A DNA stretch of 64,000 nucleotides from the human T2T-CHM13v2.0 reference genome, Homo sapiens (GCA_009914755.4 CP068257.2:23488001-23552000); one strand, 5' to 3'. Numbered from the stretch's first letter, positions 15,740 through 28,199 are shown. Numbers and translations are program-made. The notes: generated from the letters alone by a model not told the origin.

Positions 15740-16886
15740 TAAATAAACAAACAAAAAGCTTTTCTAGGCACATGGTGCAAGCTGTCAGTGGATCTACCAT
15801 TCTGGGGTCTGGAGAACAGTGTCCCTCTTCTCACAGATCCACTAGGCAGTACCCTCGTAGGGACTCTGTGTAGTGGCTTTGACCCCACATTTCCCTTCTG
15901 CACAGCCCTAGCAGAGGTTCTCCATGAAGACCCTGCCCCTGCAGCACACTTTTGCCTGGGCATTCAGGCATTTCCATACATCTTCTGAAATCTAGGTGGA
16001 GGTTCCCAAACCTCAGTTCTTGACTTCTGTGTACCTCAATACTTTCTGTGCAGCCCCAACACCACATGGAAGCTGCCAAGGCTTAGGGCTTCCACCCTCT
16101 GAAGTCACAGCCCAAGCTGTACACTGGCTCCTTGCAGCCTTGGCTGTAGCAGCTGGGACACAAGGCATCAAGTCCCTAGGTGGCACACAGCAAGGGGGCC
16201 CTAGGCCTGGCCCACAGAATCACTTTTTCCTCCTGAGCCTCCAGAACTGTGATGGGAGGGGCTGCAGTGAAGCTCTATGACATGGCCTGGAGACATTTTC
16301 CCCAAGGTCTTGGGAATTAACGTTAGGTTCCTTGCTACTTATGCAAATTTCAGCAGCTGGCTTGAATTTCTCCTAAAAAAACACAGGCTTTTTTTTTTTC
16401 TACTGCATCGTCAGGCTGCAAATTTTCTGAACTTTTATGCTCTGTTTCCCTTTTAAACTTGAATGCTTTTTAACAAAACCCCAGTCACATTTTGAATGCT
16501 TTGCTGCTTAGAAATTTCTTCTGCCAGATACTCAAAATCATCTTTCTCAAGTTCAAAGTTCCACAAATCTCTAGAGCAGGAGCAAAATGCCACTGGCCTC
16601 CTTACAAAAACATAACAAGGATTACCTTTGCTCCAGTTCCCAACAAGTTCCTCAACTCCATCTGAGACCACCTCAGCCTGAACCTTATTGTTCATATCAC
16701 TATCAGCACTTCTTTAATCAAAGCCATTCAACAAAGGGATCTCAAGGAAGTTCCAAACTTTCCCACATTTTCCTGTCTTCTGAATTCTCCAAACTGTTCC
16801 AATCTCTGCCTGTTACCCAGTTCCAAAATTGCTTCCACATTTTCCGGTATCTTTTCAGCAACACCCCACTCTCCATACCAATTTAC
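15740..16886 (-). mobile_element. ERVL-MaLR internal region (THE1/MST-int type, non-coding), antisense
   Basis: Homologous in reverse orientation to the internal regions of the + strand MaLR copies at 23546-25337 and 36901-38359. For example, 16575-16700 (...gcaaaatgccactggcctccttacaaaaacataacaaggattacctttgctccagttcccaacaagttcctc...) is the reverse complement of 23700-23830 / 37050-37200. It leads directly into the LTR at 16887. Confidence 0.75.
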
Positions 16887-17232
16887 CATATTAGTTCATT
16901 TTCATGCTGCTGATAAAGCATATCTGACACTGGGAACGAAAGGAGGTTTAATTGGGCTTACAGTTCCACATGGCTGGGGAGCCCTCAGAATCATGGTGGG
17001 AGGGGAAAGACACTTCTTACATGGTAGTAGCAAGAGAAAAATGAAGAAGTAAAAGCAGAAACCCCTGATAAATCCATCAGATCTCGTGAGACTTACTCAC
17101 TATCACGAGAATAGCATGGCAAAGACTGGCCACCGGGATTCAATTACCTCCCCCTGAGTCCCTCCCACAACACGTGGGAATTCTGGGACATACAATTCGA
17201 GATTGAGGGGGTGACACAGCCAAACCATATCA
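16887..17232 (-). mobile_element. ERVL-MaLR LTR (THE1/MST-like; the 5' LTR of the antisense element)
   Basis: atattagttcattttcatgctgctgataaagcatatctgacactgg...aggtttaattgggcttacagttccacatggctggggagccctcagaatcatggtgggagg...ccatcagatctcgtgagacttactcactatcacgagaatagcatgg...gattcaattacctccccctgagtccctcccacaacacgtgggaattctgggacatacaattcgagattgagggggtgacacagccaaaccatatca. This is the reverse complement of the THE1-type LTR consensus. Confidence 0.85.
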
Positions 17233-17700
17233 GACCGTGTATTTTCAGATAGCCAGTTTTTAAGCTATTTCTTTCTTGTACTCTATCAATTCTGCTAAGA
17301 GGCTCTGATGCATTCTTCAGGATGTCAATTAAACTTTCAACTCTAGAATTTCTGCTTGATTCTTTTTCATTATTTCAAATCTAAAAAAATTCTGAATTAT
17401 TTCTTTGTCTTATCTTGAATTTCTTTGAGTTTCCCCAAACAGCTATCTTGAATTATCTGTCTGAAAAGTCATGTATCTCTGTCTCTCCAGGATTGGTCCC
17501 TATTGCCTTATTTAGTTTATTTGGTGAGGACATGTTTTCCTAGAGGGTCTTAATGCTTCTAGATGTTTGTCAGGGTCTGGGTGTTAAAGAGTTACCTATT
17601 TATTGTAATCTTTGCCATCTGTGCCTATCTTACTTGGGAAGGTTTTCCAGGTATTTGGAAGGACTTAGGCCCCAAGCCCAAAAATTATGTGGTTCTTGAA
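17233..17700 (-). mobile_element. L1-like antisense segment (possible continuation of the interrupted L1; uncertain)
   Basis: T-rich strand with L1-antisense-style phrases (ttcaactctagaatttctgcttgattctttttcattatttcaaatct...ttgaatttctttgagtttcc...). It is not contiguous in L1 coordinates with the ORF2 portion at 15640. The assignment is from memory, without an alignment. Confidence 0.35.
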
Positions 17701-17959
17701 TACTCGCAGAGGTACCACTTTGGTGGTCTTGAATAAGATCCAGATGAATTCTCTGGATTTCCAGGCAAAGACTCTTGTTTTATTTTCTTACTTCCTCCCA
17801 AACAAATGGAGTCTCTCTCTCTCTGTGCTGAGCTGCATGGAGATGGGAGTGGGGTGATGCAAGCACCCCAGTGGCCACCACCACTGGGACTGCTCTGGGT
17901 CATACTTGAAGCCAGCCCAGCACTGGATATCACCCACCGCCCACTTTAACCAGTACCTG

Positions 17960-18960
17960 GCTTCTACCTATGTTCGCTCAAGGCCCTATAGCTCTACAGT
18001 CAGCAGGTGGGGAATCCAGGCAGGTTTCTATCTTTCTCTTCAGAGCAGTATGTTCCCCAAGCCTTGAGTATCTCCAGAAGTAATGTCTTAGAACCAGAGA
18101 TTAGAGTCAAAATCCTTAGAAATCTACCTGGTGTTCTACCCTACTGCAGCTAAGCGGGTCTTCAACCCATAACTTCAAGTTCTTTCCTCTCTTCCGTCTC
18201 CTTTCCATAGGCAAAGGAGACTTTCTCAGTGGACGCCGCCAACACTGGCCCACAGGAAGTTATGCCAGACAGCCGTCAATATTCACTTAAGGCCCAAGGG
18301 CTCTTCTGTCAGCCTGTGGTGAATGCTGCCTGGCCTGGGACTCACCCTTCAGGGCAGTGGCCTCCTATCTGACCAAGCAAAGGTCCAGAAATGCTATCCA
18401 AGAGCCTAGACCTGGACTCAGGGACCCTCAGTCCTGCTTGGTGCCCTACCCTACCTTGGCTGAGCTGGTACCTAAGGTGCAAGATAAAGTCCCTTTCACT
18501 TTTCCCTCTGCTTTTCTCAAGCAGAAGAGAGTCTTTCACTGTAGTCACTACAGCTGGGAACGTTCTAGGTCTCACCTGAAGTAAGCATATCTCAGAGTCT
18601 TACCCAAGGCCCATGGCATGCTACCTGGGTATTACTGTTGAATTTTCAGGCCCTAAGGGCTCTTGAGTGAATAGGTGATGAATCCTGGCAGGACTGAGCC
18701 TTTCCCTTCAAGTCAGCAGGTTCCCTTCTGGCCCAGGGTATGTCTAGAAGTGTCATCCAGAAGCTGTGACCTGGAATGGGGGCCTCACGACTCTCTGTCC
18801 AGTGCCTTATATTACTGTGGCTGAGCTGGTATCCAAGATGCAAGAAAAATTGCTCTTTACTTTTTGCTCTCCTCTCCTCAAGCAGAAGGAAAAAGTCATT
18901 TTCATTGCTGTGAGCTATGCTGTCTGTTATTGAGGGAGTGGTAGTGCAAACACTTCCTTA
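17960..18960. repeat. Unclassified tandem array: about three diverged ~340-bp units
   Basis: Unit 18281-18600 (aggcccaagggctcttctgtcagcctgtggtgaatgctgcctggcctgggactcacccttcagggcag...ccctaccttggctgagctggtacctaaggtgcaagataaagtccctttcac...ctcaagcagaagagagtc) aligns with unit 18641-18960 (aggccctaagggctcttgagtgaataggtgatgaatcctggcaggactgagcctttcccttcaagtcag...ttactgtggctgagctggtatccaagatgcaagaaaaattgctctttac...ctcaagcagaaggaaaaagtc). A weaker third unit lies at 17960-18280. Confidence 0.6.
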
Positions 18961-21900
18961 TCTCACCCAGTTGGTGTCTCCCTAGGTGACATGCCACCCT
19001 AGTCCACTGGCTCTAAGCCCTTTCCAGAGCTAGGACTTGCCTAGGAATTGCAGTCCTTGTGTCCTTGACTGCCTTTCAAGATTACCTAGGACTATAAAAC
19101 ACTTTAGCCTGCAGAAGTGAGTCTTGCTGAGAACCTCAAGTTCCAGCCACTGGGATGGGCAATTCTCCTCAGCGAGGGCCAGCCCAAGTGTTTTCTCCAT
19201 GGGCAGGTGCCTGCTGAGCTAAGCACAACTTTGCTCTTGACTGTGGCAGGGCAGCAGTGAGTTCAATGCCAAGTCCCCCAGTGGCTGTGCTCCCCTCACT
19301 CCGAGTGCACAGATTCTGTCTGCATTCCATGCAGCTGCTGCCTAGGAATGGTAGCAGAGTAGCATCAGCAATTCAAGACTGTCTTTCCTACCCTCTTCAG
19401 TGCCTCTTTTAGCAACATGAAGTTAAAACCAGGTACTGTGGTTGCTCACCTGATTTGTGGTTCTAATGACAATGCTCTTTTGTGTGCAGATAGTTGTTAA
19501 AATTTGGCGTTCCTGTGAGAGGGACAATCAGTGGAGGCTTCTACTCAGCCACCTTGCTCCACTTATTAAAGTACCTTTTTTTTCCCTTCATTTGTGACCA
19601 TCATTTGGATTTGCTTCACCAAAGCACAAAAAGTGTAATTCAGATTGAAGATTTTATCCTGTATTTTTTTTCCTACTTCCTATATCTTTAACCTTTTATC
19701 CATAGGGGAGAGAGAGAAATATAATCTGATACAGCCTATTGGAATTACCCTTAATACCACCCTTATATCAGAGTTTACTCAAATTTAAATTATTAAATTT
19801 TCAAATTAGGATTTCCTATTCTATCCTCAGCCACCTTTTAAATATTCATGAATATCTTTTATAAGTTTTAAAATTATTTTGTAAAATGAATACAGGACTC
19901 TCCCTTTATTTGTGCTTTGTTCTTAACTAAATTCAAGTTTTGTGATTAAAAAAATCAAAGTATACCTCAACTTCTGTTGCAGTTTTCCTGCTTTATCTCA
20001 CTACTGTACTTACCTTGCCTTACCTAGTCAGAGGCTAACATATTTCTCTTCAAAAAGATTCAAAATAAAATTCTAGAGCAACTTCCTGATTAGTAATGGG
20101 GTTAAAATAAAAAACAATATTGCCTTGGAGAAAATTTCTGTCTTCCTCTTTAAAATGAAGCATTATAAGACAAGAGAGAAGTACTACCTTGAATAAAAAC
20201 CCATCGAAGCTTTTCTGGCAAAAGCTTTTTCCCTGCTGCGTCTTTATTGATTCCTTCAAGCTTCACATCCATGTTAGATATATTTGTAGGTATTAATGAG
20301 ACAGAGCATGCAGTCCAATGGAGTTACACAGTTTTAAGAAGTCTAGAGCTAATCAATTCAACAGATAGAGGAGTGTTACATTTCCAAAATGATTTTATAT
20401 GAAATGAGACACTTTTGAAGTAGTACTAAGACATGCACACACAAAAAACTTTAATATATGTTTTAAAAAGAAGCTTAATAAATATAAGCTTTTATTAATT
20501 AAAATTTGAAATAAATATCTCTTCAGTACAGAATATATGTGAGATGAAATCTAAGAGGTTTAGTAGAGAGAATACATATAAAATTCTGAGTAGAGAGAAC
20601 ATATATAATTCAGATAAATTATGATGATGATCACCTATGCAAAAATATACGAGATTTAACAATTGATTCAAGATTTCAGGCTAGGAAACAAAATAAAATG
20701 AATGCATTGTGTTTCTCCTTTATGGATTTCTTCATTTGGAATTCCACTGAAAATGTGTGCTCTCTACTCCTAAGTGTATGGTGTGGAAAAAATAAAAACC
20801 TAATAGGTGGCACGCCCATAAAGTATATTTTAGAAAAAGTTAGGTAATCTTAGCAGAAATTATGAATAAGAATTTTTAAATTCAAATATGAAACTATAAT
20901 AACCATAGGGTGTGAGCAGGAGGCTGCGAATCTAGATTTCAGACCCTGAAGGGCTGCTGCAGGAAACCAAGAAAGCAACAGAGGACATGGCAGAGCTCAA
21001 GATATTTGCTGAGACCAAATAAAAGGCAACAACAACAACAAAAACACAATAAAACTCCTAAGCAGACTCATGTTGTAGCCTCTACAGTAACCAATAAAGA
21101 ACAGAAATAGAATGCATAACAAGTTGATAGAAAAGATGGAATAATAAAATATTGTGCAATTTATTAATATGAACATTATGCTGCTATAAAAATTAACTAT
21201 TTCAAAACTAAAAGTAAAATCACATTCCTCTTTTACATATGATCAAAATAGATATCTTACATGGACTAAACATTTATATATCAAAATAAAGTGATAAATG
21301 TAAAGGAAGAAAATATTGTTGAATATTTGTATCATATGAAAGAGGTTCTGAGCATGATGGAGCAGTTGTGTGGATTTTCATTTAATAAAATCTTTAAGTG
21401 TCTTTGTATGAATTGGCTTTTAAACATCTACAAAGCAAATGATAAATTTAAAAGTTACAATCTATTATTGTATGTACTTGAAAGGAAACAAAATGGATTA
21501 CAAAAAAAACTATTGAGAACATTTTTAGGTCACTTTCTAAAGGATAGATGATAGTCGGATTCCGATTTGTTACTCTAAAAATATAAAGCAACAGATATCA
21601 ATTGTTATACACCCAATTAGAAAATAGAGAGAACTGTTGATATACATAAAACACGCTTTTTAACAAGGGTTTGGGGAGAAAGACACTCATAAAATTAATA
21701 GAGGACTATAAAATAGTACCTTTTTTCTGGATATAAATTTGATATTATACATCTGAAACTAGCAACTCCAGTTCTGAGATTTATCTTAAGCAAGTAATCA
21801 AATATGTACCCAAAGATGATGATGGTAACAGTGAGAAATTGCTTATAACAATAAAAAATTGGAAACTTGAATGCATAATATCAAGGTGTTAGGTACACTA

Positions 21901-22819
21901 AAGACAGCTAAATAAAATGCTGATAAAATGCTAAATAAAATGATAAATAAAATGGAATATTATATAGCAATGTTATATAAATATATATAAATTATATATA
22001 AATTTATATAAAAATTATATAAAAAATAGCTTATAGTCTTGGAAAACCCCATTTATTAACAATTTTTTGGAGCATCAGTTTATTTTGTAACGAAAGTATT
22101 TACATATCTAACTGCATATACATACAAACACACATGCATTACATTGGGAAATTACACATCACCTGGTAACAACAGAAATACATAACTAGTGGAATTTTTG
22201 TAATACATTTTGTTTTGCTTATACATATATTTTTCTCAATAAATATGTATTACTTGCAAAATAAGTAATAAAAATACTATCTACAACCCCAGGGTAGAAG
22301 CAGCTGCAGAATTCAGTTCACTTCCCCAAGGTTCTTCCATCTCTAGAGTTTTAACCCTCCACGTGTCCACTGTACTCAATCTACGATTTCTCTATTTTAT
22401 TTCACTTTTCTAATGAATTTCAGAAGGAGCTCTGCTGTGCCACCAGCTATTTATTTCTCCTGGAAGCAGAGCCTGAAACTTTCATTAAGAAAGGCTTATT
22501 TTTTGTGATAACTGAATGATAATGAAAATGAGAACTTTTGTTAAATTTCAAATTTATATTTACGTAAATGTACAACTACAATAAACACAGTTTCTTTTGC
22601 TTCGATTTATAATTAATCTTAACTAGAATATTGGAAAAACCCAGAGATGTGGCCATGATCACACAGTAGCATTCTTGTGTCATTGCGATGCTAGACTCTA
22701 CAGTGAATCTCTTCAATATGTCACTTGTTCATAAGTAGTGAACTGGTCGCATATCTTGCTTACAAAAAATCATTACCACTTATTATCTAATATAGCAGGC
22801 TTTTTATATTAAATAGTTC

Positions 22820-22960
22820 TAATTCTCTCAACAACTACATGTAAAAGATAAGGAAACTGAGGTTCTACGAGGTTAACATAAGCAGTTATGTGACTTGGGT
22901 CACAAAAGCAGTAAATCAGCTAAACCAGGATTAAAACTCATATCTGCCTAACTCCAAAAT
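22820..22960 (-). mobile_element. MIR SINE fragment (antisense)
   Basis: gtaaaagataaggaaactgaggttctacgaggttaacataagcagttatgtgacttgggtcacaaaagcagtaaatcagctaaaccaggattaaaactcatatctgcctaactcc matches the reverse complement of the MIR core (cattttacagatgaggaaactgaggcacagagaggttaagtaacttgcccaaggtcacacagctagtaagtggcagagccaggattcgaacccagg). Confidence 0.55.
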
Positions 22961-23190
22961 TAATACCTCCTTATACATTTAGAACACTTTTATGGTATCC
23001 TTCAGCAAATCAGACAAGTTCTGACCACACAGAATTTTAGTTGACTGTATTTGTACAGATCTACCTACTTCTCAGGCCCATGTGTTGTTGGCTTTGTAAA
23101 AATGTTGCCAGTACCCTCTATGAGATGTTGCTCCAGTTCCTCATTGCTGCATGGATGCTTTGGCATTGCAAAACCGTTCTCCAATATGAC

Positions 23191-23545
23191 TGATATGGTT
23201 TGGCTGTGTCCCCACCCAAATCTCATCTTGAATTCTAATTCCCACAATTGCCACGTGTTGTGAGAGATACCAGGTGGGAGGTAATTAAATCATAGTGGTG
23301 GGTCTTTTCCATGCTATTCTCATGATAGTGAATAAGTCTCATGTGATGGTTTTATAAAGAGGAGTTTCCTGGCACATGTTCTCCTCTCTGGTCTGCTGCC
23401 ATGTGAGATGTGCCTTTCACCTTCTGCCATCCTTGTGAGGCCTCCCCAGCCATGTGGAACTGTGAGTCCATTGAGCCTCTTTATTTTGTAAATTACCCAA
23501 TCTCGAGTATGTCTTTATTGGCAATGTGAGAACAGATTAATACAA
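23191..23545 (+). mobile_element. THE1/MST-type MaLR 5' LTR
   Basis: tgatatggtttggctgtgtccccacccaaatctcatcttgaattctaattcccacaattgccacgtgttgtgagagataccaggtgggaggtaattaaatcatagtggtggg...gtgaggcctccccagccatgtggaactgtgagtccattgagcctctttattttgtaaattacccaatctcgagtatgtctttattggcaatgtgagaacagattaatacaa. Confidence 0.9.
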
Positions 23546-25337
23546 TAAATTTGTAGCAGTAGAGTGGGGCACTGCTGAAAAGATTCCCAAAAATGTGGAA
23601 GCAACTTTGGAACTGGGTAACAGGCAGAGGTTGGAACAGTTTGGAGGGCTCAAAAGAAGAGAGGAAAATGTGTGAAAGTTTGGAACTCCCTAGAGATTTG
23701 TTGAATGGCTTTGACCAAAATGTTGGTAATGATATAGACAATGAAATCCAAGCTGAGGTGCTCTCAGTTGGAGATGAAGAACTCGTTGGGAACTGGAGCA
23801 AAGGTGACTCTTGCTATGTTTTAGCAAAGAGACTGGTGACATTTTGCCCCTGCCCTAGAGATTTGTGGAACTTTGAACTTGAGAGAGGTGATTTAGGGTA
23901 TCTGGAAGAAGAAATTTTTTTTTTTTTTTTTGAGATGGAGTCTTGCTCTGTCACCCAGGCTATGGTGCAGTAGTGCTGTCTTGGCTGACTGCAAACTTTG
24001 CCTGTGGGTTCAAGCAATTCTCTACCTCAACCTCCTGAGTAGCTGGGATTATAGGCACCCACCACCACATCTGGTTAATTTTTGTATTTTTAGTAGAGAT
24101 GGGGTTTCACTATCTTGGCCAAGCTGGTCTTGAACTCCTGACCTCATGATCCACCCACCTTGGCCTCCCAAAGTACTGGGATTACAGGCGTGAGCCACCA
24201 CGCCCCACCTGGAGGAAGAACTTTCTAAGCAGCAAAACATTCAAGAGGTGACTTGGGTGCTCTTAAAAGCATTTAGTTTTAAAAGGGAAACAGAGCACAA
24301 AAGTTTGGAAAATTTGCCACCTGACAATGCAATAGAAAAGAAAATCCCATTTTCTAAGGAGAAATTCAAGCTGGCTGCAGAAATTTGCATAAGTAGTGAG
24401 GAGTCAAATGTTAATCAGGAAGACTATGGGGAAAATGTCTCCAGGGCATGTCAGAGAGCTTTGAGGCAGCCCCTCCCATCACAGGTCCAGAGGCCTAGGA
24501 GGAAATAATGGTTTCATGGGCTGGGCCCAGGGTCCGTCTGCTATATGCAGTCTAGGGATTTGGTTCCCTGTGTCCTAGCCACTCCAGCTGTGACTAAAAT
24601 AGGCCAAGGTACAGTTTGGGCCATGGCTTCAGAGGGTGCAAACCTCAAGCCTTGGCAGTTTCCATGCTGTGTTGAGCCTGAGAGTGCACAGAAGTCAAGA
24701 ATTGGGGTTTGGGAATCTTTGCCTAGATTTCAGAGGATGTATGGAAATGCTTGGATGCTCAGGCAGGTTTGCTGCAGGGGTGAGGCTTTCTTGGAAAATC
24801 TCTGCTAGGGTAGTGCAGAAAGAAAATGTGGGGTCAGAGCCCCCACATGGAGTCCCTACTGGAGCACTGCCTAGTGGAGCTGTGAGAAGAGGGCCACTGT
24901 CCTCCAGACCCCAGAATGGTAGATCCACCAACAGCTTGCACTGTGTACCTAGAAAAGCTGTAGACACTCAATGCTGGCCCATGAAAGCAGCCAGGAGGGA
25001 GGCTGTACACTGCCAAGCCATAGAGTGGAGCTGCCCAAAACCATGGGAACTCACCTCTTGCATCAGCATGATCTGGATGTGAGACATGGAGTCAAAGGAG
25101 ATAATTTTGGAGCTTTAAGATTTGACTGCCCCCTGGATTTTGGACTTGCATGGGGCCTTTAGCCCCTTCATTTTGGCCAATATCTCCTGTTTGTAATGGG
25201 TGTATTTATCCAATGCCTGTATCCACATTTTATCTAGGAAGTAATTAACTTGGTATTGATTTTACTGGCTCATTGGCAGAAGGGACTTGCCTTGTCTCAG
25301 ATGAGACTTTGGACTGTGGACTTTTGAGTTAATGCTG
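23546..25337 (+). mobile_element. MaLR internal region (THE1/MST-int), truncated at its 3' end; no 3' LTR follows
   Basis: Collinear and ~85-90% similar to the internal region of the full-length copy at 36901-38359 (for example ...ggaagcaactttggaactgggtaacaggcagaggttggaacagtttggagggctcaaaagaagagaggaaaatgtg...). It ends at ...gactttggactgtggacttttgagttaatgctgaaaaaatac, about 90 bp short of where the other copy's 3' LTR begins. Confidence 0.8.
23915..24206 (-). mobile_element. Alu SINE inserted into the MaLR internal region, with ~14-bp TSD
   Basis: poly-T, then gagatggagtcttgctctgtcacccaggctatggtgcagtagtgctgtcttggctgactgcaaactttgcctgtgggttcaagcaattctctacctcaacctcctgagtagctgggattataggcacccaccaccacatctggttaatttttgtatttttagtagagatggggtttcactatcttggccaagctggtcttgaactcctgacctcatgatccacccaccttggcctcccaaagtactgggattacaggcgtgagccaccacgcccc. 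TSD atctggaagaagaa (23900-23913) and acctggaggaagaa (24207-24220). The uninterrupted copy at 37250 reads ctatctggtagaagacatttctaag. Confidence 0.9.
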
Positions 25338-25622
25338 AAAAAATACCTTTTATGAATTTATCTCTCTGTGGCCTCAATCATTTTGAAAGTTGATTTTTCA
25401 GAATCTTTTCTGGCTTTTCCCCAGATTCCAAGTAATATATAGTCTTTCTCCAAACACTCACCATTACTAGCTGTTTTCTTTACTTACTCTCTTTTCATAC
25501 TCTTCACCAACACCTCCTTCCCAAACCTGGGCTGCCTGCACATGGATCATTCTTTTTTCCTTTTTATATGGTCTGCTGAGAAGGATTATCTGTTTTCTTA
25601 TCTGAATGTGTTTCTTCTCAGG
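25338..25622 (+). repeat. Inverted-repeat arm 1 (~285 bp), right after the truncated MaLR internal region
   Basis: aaaaaataccttttatgaatttatctctctgtggcctcaatcattttgaaagttgatttttcagaatcttttctggcttttccccagattccaagtaatatatagtctttctcc...cccaaacctgggctgcctgcacatggatcattcttttttcctttttatatggtctgctgagaaggattatctgttttcttatctgaatgtgtttcttctcagg is about 90% identical to the reverse complement of 26653-26943. Confidence 0.8.
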
Positions 25623-26652
25623 AATAATTTTCCTCATGATCTCTTGAATATGTTTTTCGTATTGTTGTTAAATAATGTATGATGACTAAATGCCTACATT
25701 TTCTAAGACCAACAAATTTTTATAATTATACACATATTTTTATTTTCTCTTAATGCAAATTTTCAAATGGTCAAATGAAGTAAGAGCCTTGCTCAATTTA
25801 TTGACCTGCACTTTTACTCCTCATCTCTATTCCATGCTGAAGTAGAAGAAATCAAAGGATTTTCATGAAATCCTGTACATGATTTAAAATTGAAAACCTA
25901 TATTTTATATGTAATTTGTGCTTTAGTTTATCATTAAACAAAATATTAATCAATACTTTTTCAATAAAAATTTTGATCCACTTTGGTTCAGAAGCAAATT
26001 TAGAGTCATGTGATGACAATGATCCATGCTTACAGGACTGCTAGTTATATACGGATTATTCCTAACAACTTAACTACTGGTGGTCTTCTTATTATTCACT
26101 ATCCCATACATTTCTAAGTCATGTTCTCCAGCTAATAACAATGAAACTTTCATGTTAATCTTAGCTAAACTTGTTGGGGAAGTTATATCTTCTGGGATGA
26201 AGTAAAAAAAAAGTTATAGAATGTATTTGCAAGCCATATAGAAATAATATGTAGATTTATTAGCTTTGGGCATTGTAACTCACTTTTCCTCTATTGATTC
26301 AAATAATTCAAATAATTATCTGAGACAGTTTCATTAAAAAATAATGAATAAACTCAAAACTCATGGAATTTCTGGATCTAAGTGTAGACTTATAGTAAAG
26401 TTGTAAAATCACCTTGCTTTTGTAGTCTGACCATGATATGCATGGCAACTGGAGGAAACGTTTGAACCAGAATGAAGTGAACAAGCAAAGATTTTATTGC
26501 AATAAGAGATAATAAGAAAAATTCAGTTTTTAAGCTGTTTCTCTGAGCAATAGCCAAGGGCTATAAAAACATGTCTGTTGAGGGGATCATGGAGACAGAA
26601 TGTGGCTGAGAGAGACATGCAATAGAGTCGTTGTATTGGTCCATTTTCACAC

Positions 26653-26943
26653 CCTGAGAAGAAACATATTCAGAAGGGGAAACAGATAATCCCTCTCAGC
26701 AGACCATATAAAAAAGAAAAAAGAACGATCCACGTGCTGGCAGCCCAGGTTTGGGAAGGAGGTGTTTGATGGTGAGGAGTATAAAAAGAGAGTAAGTAAA
26801 CAAAATAGCTAGTAATAGTGAGTATCTGGAGAAAGACCATAAGTTACTTGGAATCTGGGGAGAAGCCAGGAAAGATTCTGAAAAATCAGCTTTCAAAATG
26901 ATTGAGACTACAGAGAGATAAATTCATAAAAGGTATTTTTTTC
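26653..26943 (-). repeat. Inverted-repeat arm 2 (~290 bp), with an adjoining LTR-terminus-like sequence at 26632-26654
   Basis: Reverse complement reads aaaaaataccttttatgaatttatctctctgtagtctcaatcattttgaaagctgatttttcagaatctttcctggcttctccccagattccaagtaacttatggtctttctcc...cccaaacctgggctgccagcacgtggatcgttcttttttcttttttatatggtctgctgagagggattatctgtttccccttctgaatatgtttcttctcagg. Continuing in that orientation it reads gtgtgaaaatggaccaataca, which resembles the MaLR LTR 3' terminus ...gtgtgagaacggactaataca. Confidence 0.8.
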
Positions 26944-28199
26944 TTTGTCTTCTATATCATGCAATGTTTAACTTTGCCATCCACATTTGGCTACAACAGA
27001 CTATGTATTTTGGTTGTTTGCATAGATTTCTTCTTATTGTGATTCTGTGCTGAGATGGATCACAGAATCGCTCAACTTTAATACTGTTGTAATTACCATT
27101 TATAGCTAATATCTATAAATAAGTAACAATCATGTAATATTTAATATATTCACATAAATATACATAAATCCTGTTCCATGAGAAATACAATGTGAAAAAC
27201 ATTTCAAATACCCTAATGTACATAGTTTAGTAATAATACTAAATTACCAGAAAATTATTGGTTTAATGACAATCACAACATAAATGCACACTTTTTTTTG
27301 ATAGAACAGTTTTAAATTTCTCATATAACCACTTTTATTTTTATATTAAAAGTGAAGATCCCACAGAAAATACAATGGTAATTGTGCTACAGCAACCTAT
27401 AAAAAGGATAACTAGAAAATATGACTTTGCACGCTGTATACTGCTATTTCAATTTCGTGGCTTATACATTTTAAGAAATTAAACTTTATTATTTCAAGAG
27501 GAAATTTATTTAAAAATCAATCGAAGAAAACTAAAAATTGTATAATAAAATATAGATATTATATGGACATTCACCTAAATGTGATATTAATAATACAAAT
27601 AGTTGAAATTGATTACATAGGGAACAAGTATTCATCCCATAACCTGTAGACAACATATCTTTAAGAGTCTCATGCTCTACTGACTGAGCTGGCTAGGCAG
27701 TCACAATATTTTAAAATTAACCAAAACAAATCAATAAATTAAAAAGTATATTTAAGTATGTCATGTTTTTCTAATTATTTTTTCATCTATATATTATTTG
27801 TATATGATTTATACATATATACTGTAGGTATATATATTAGACAGGTATGTTTTTTACATAAGTGTGGGGAGAGAGAAAAAGGAGGTATTTACTACTACCT
27901 AGTGATACTATTGCTAGCATCCAAATTGATAGGTTTAAACCCTAGATAAATGAAAAACTTTCCAAGGTTATTAGGGAGATGAACCACCAGAATATATTCT
28001 TATTCTTATGTAAACTAATGCAGTGTTAACATATTTCAAAGCATTGATTATGTTACAGTTTTATATTTCTTCCTCACAATAGCAAGAAGAGTAGGAATTA
28101 TATACTGTGCACAGTGATGTTTTTGCTTCTCTGAAGAGTTGAAGTCAAGAATACCATATTTAATCACAGAATATGAAATATAATAATTCACATATGAAA

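Noticed and set aside
24636-25082. 148-aa ORF (and the overlapping ORFs at 24545-25162), the longest in the window
   Set aside because: It lies entirely within the MaLR internal region. Homologous positions in the other two MaLR copies (15649-16280, 37508-38025) carry different, frame-shifted ORFs. This is an accident of a GC-richer repeat, not a conserved coding sequence.
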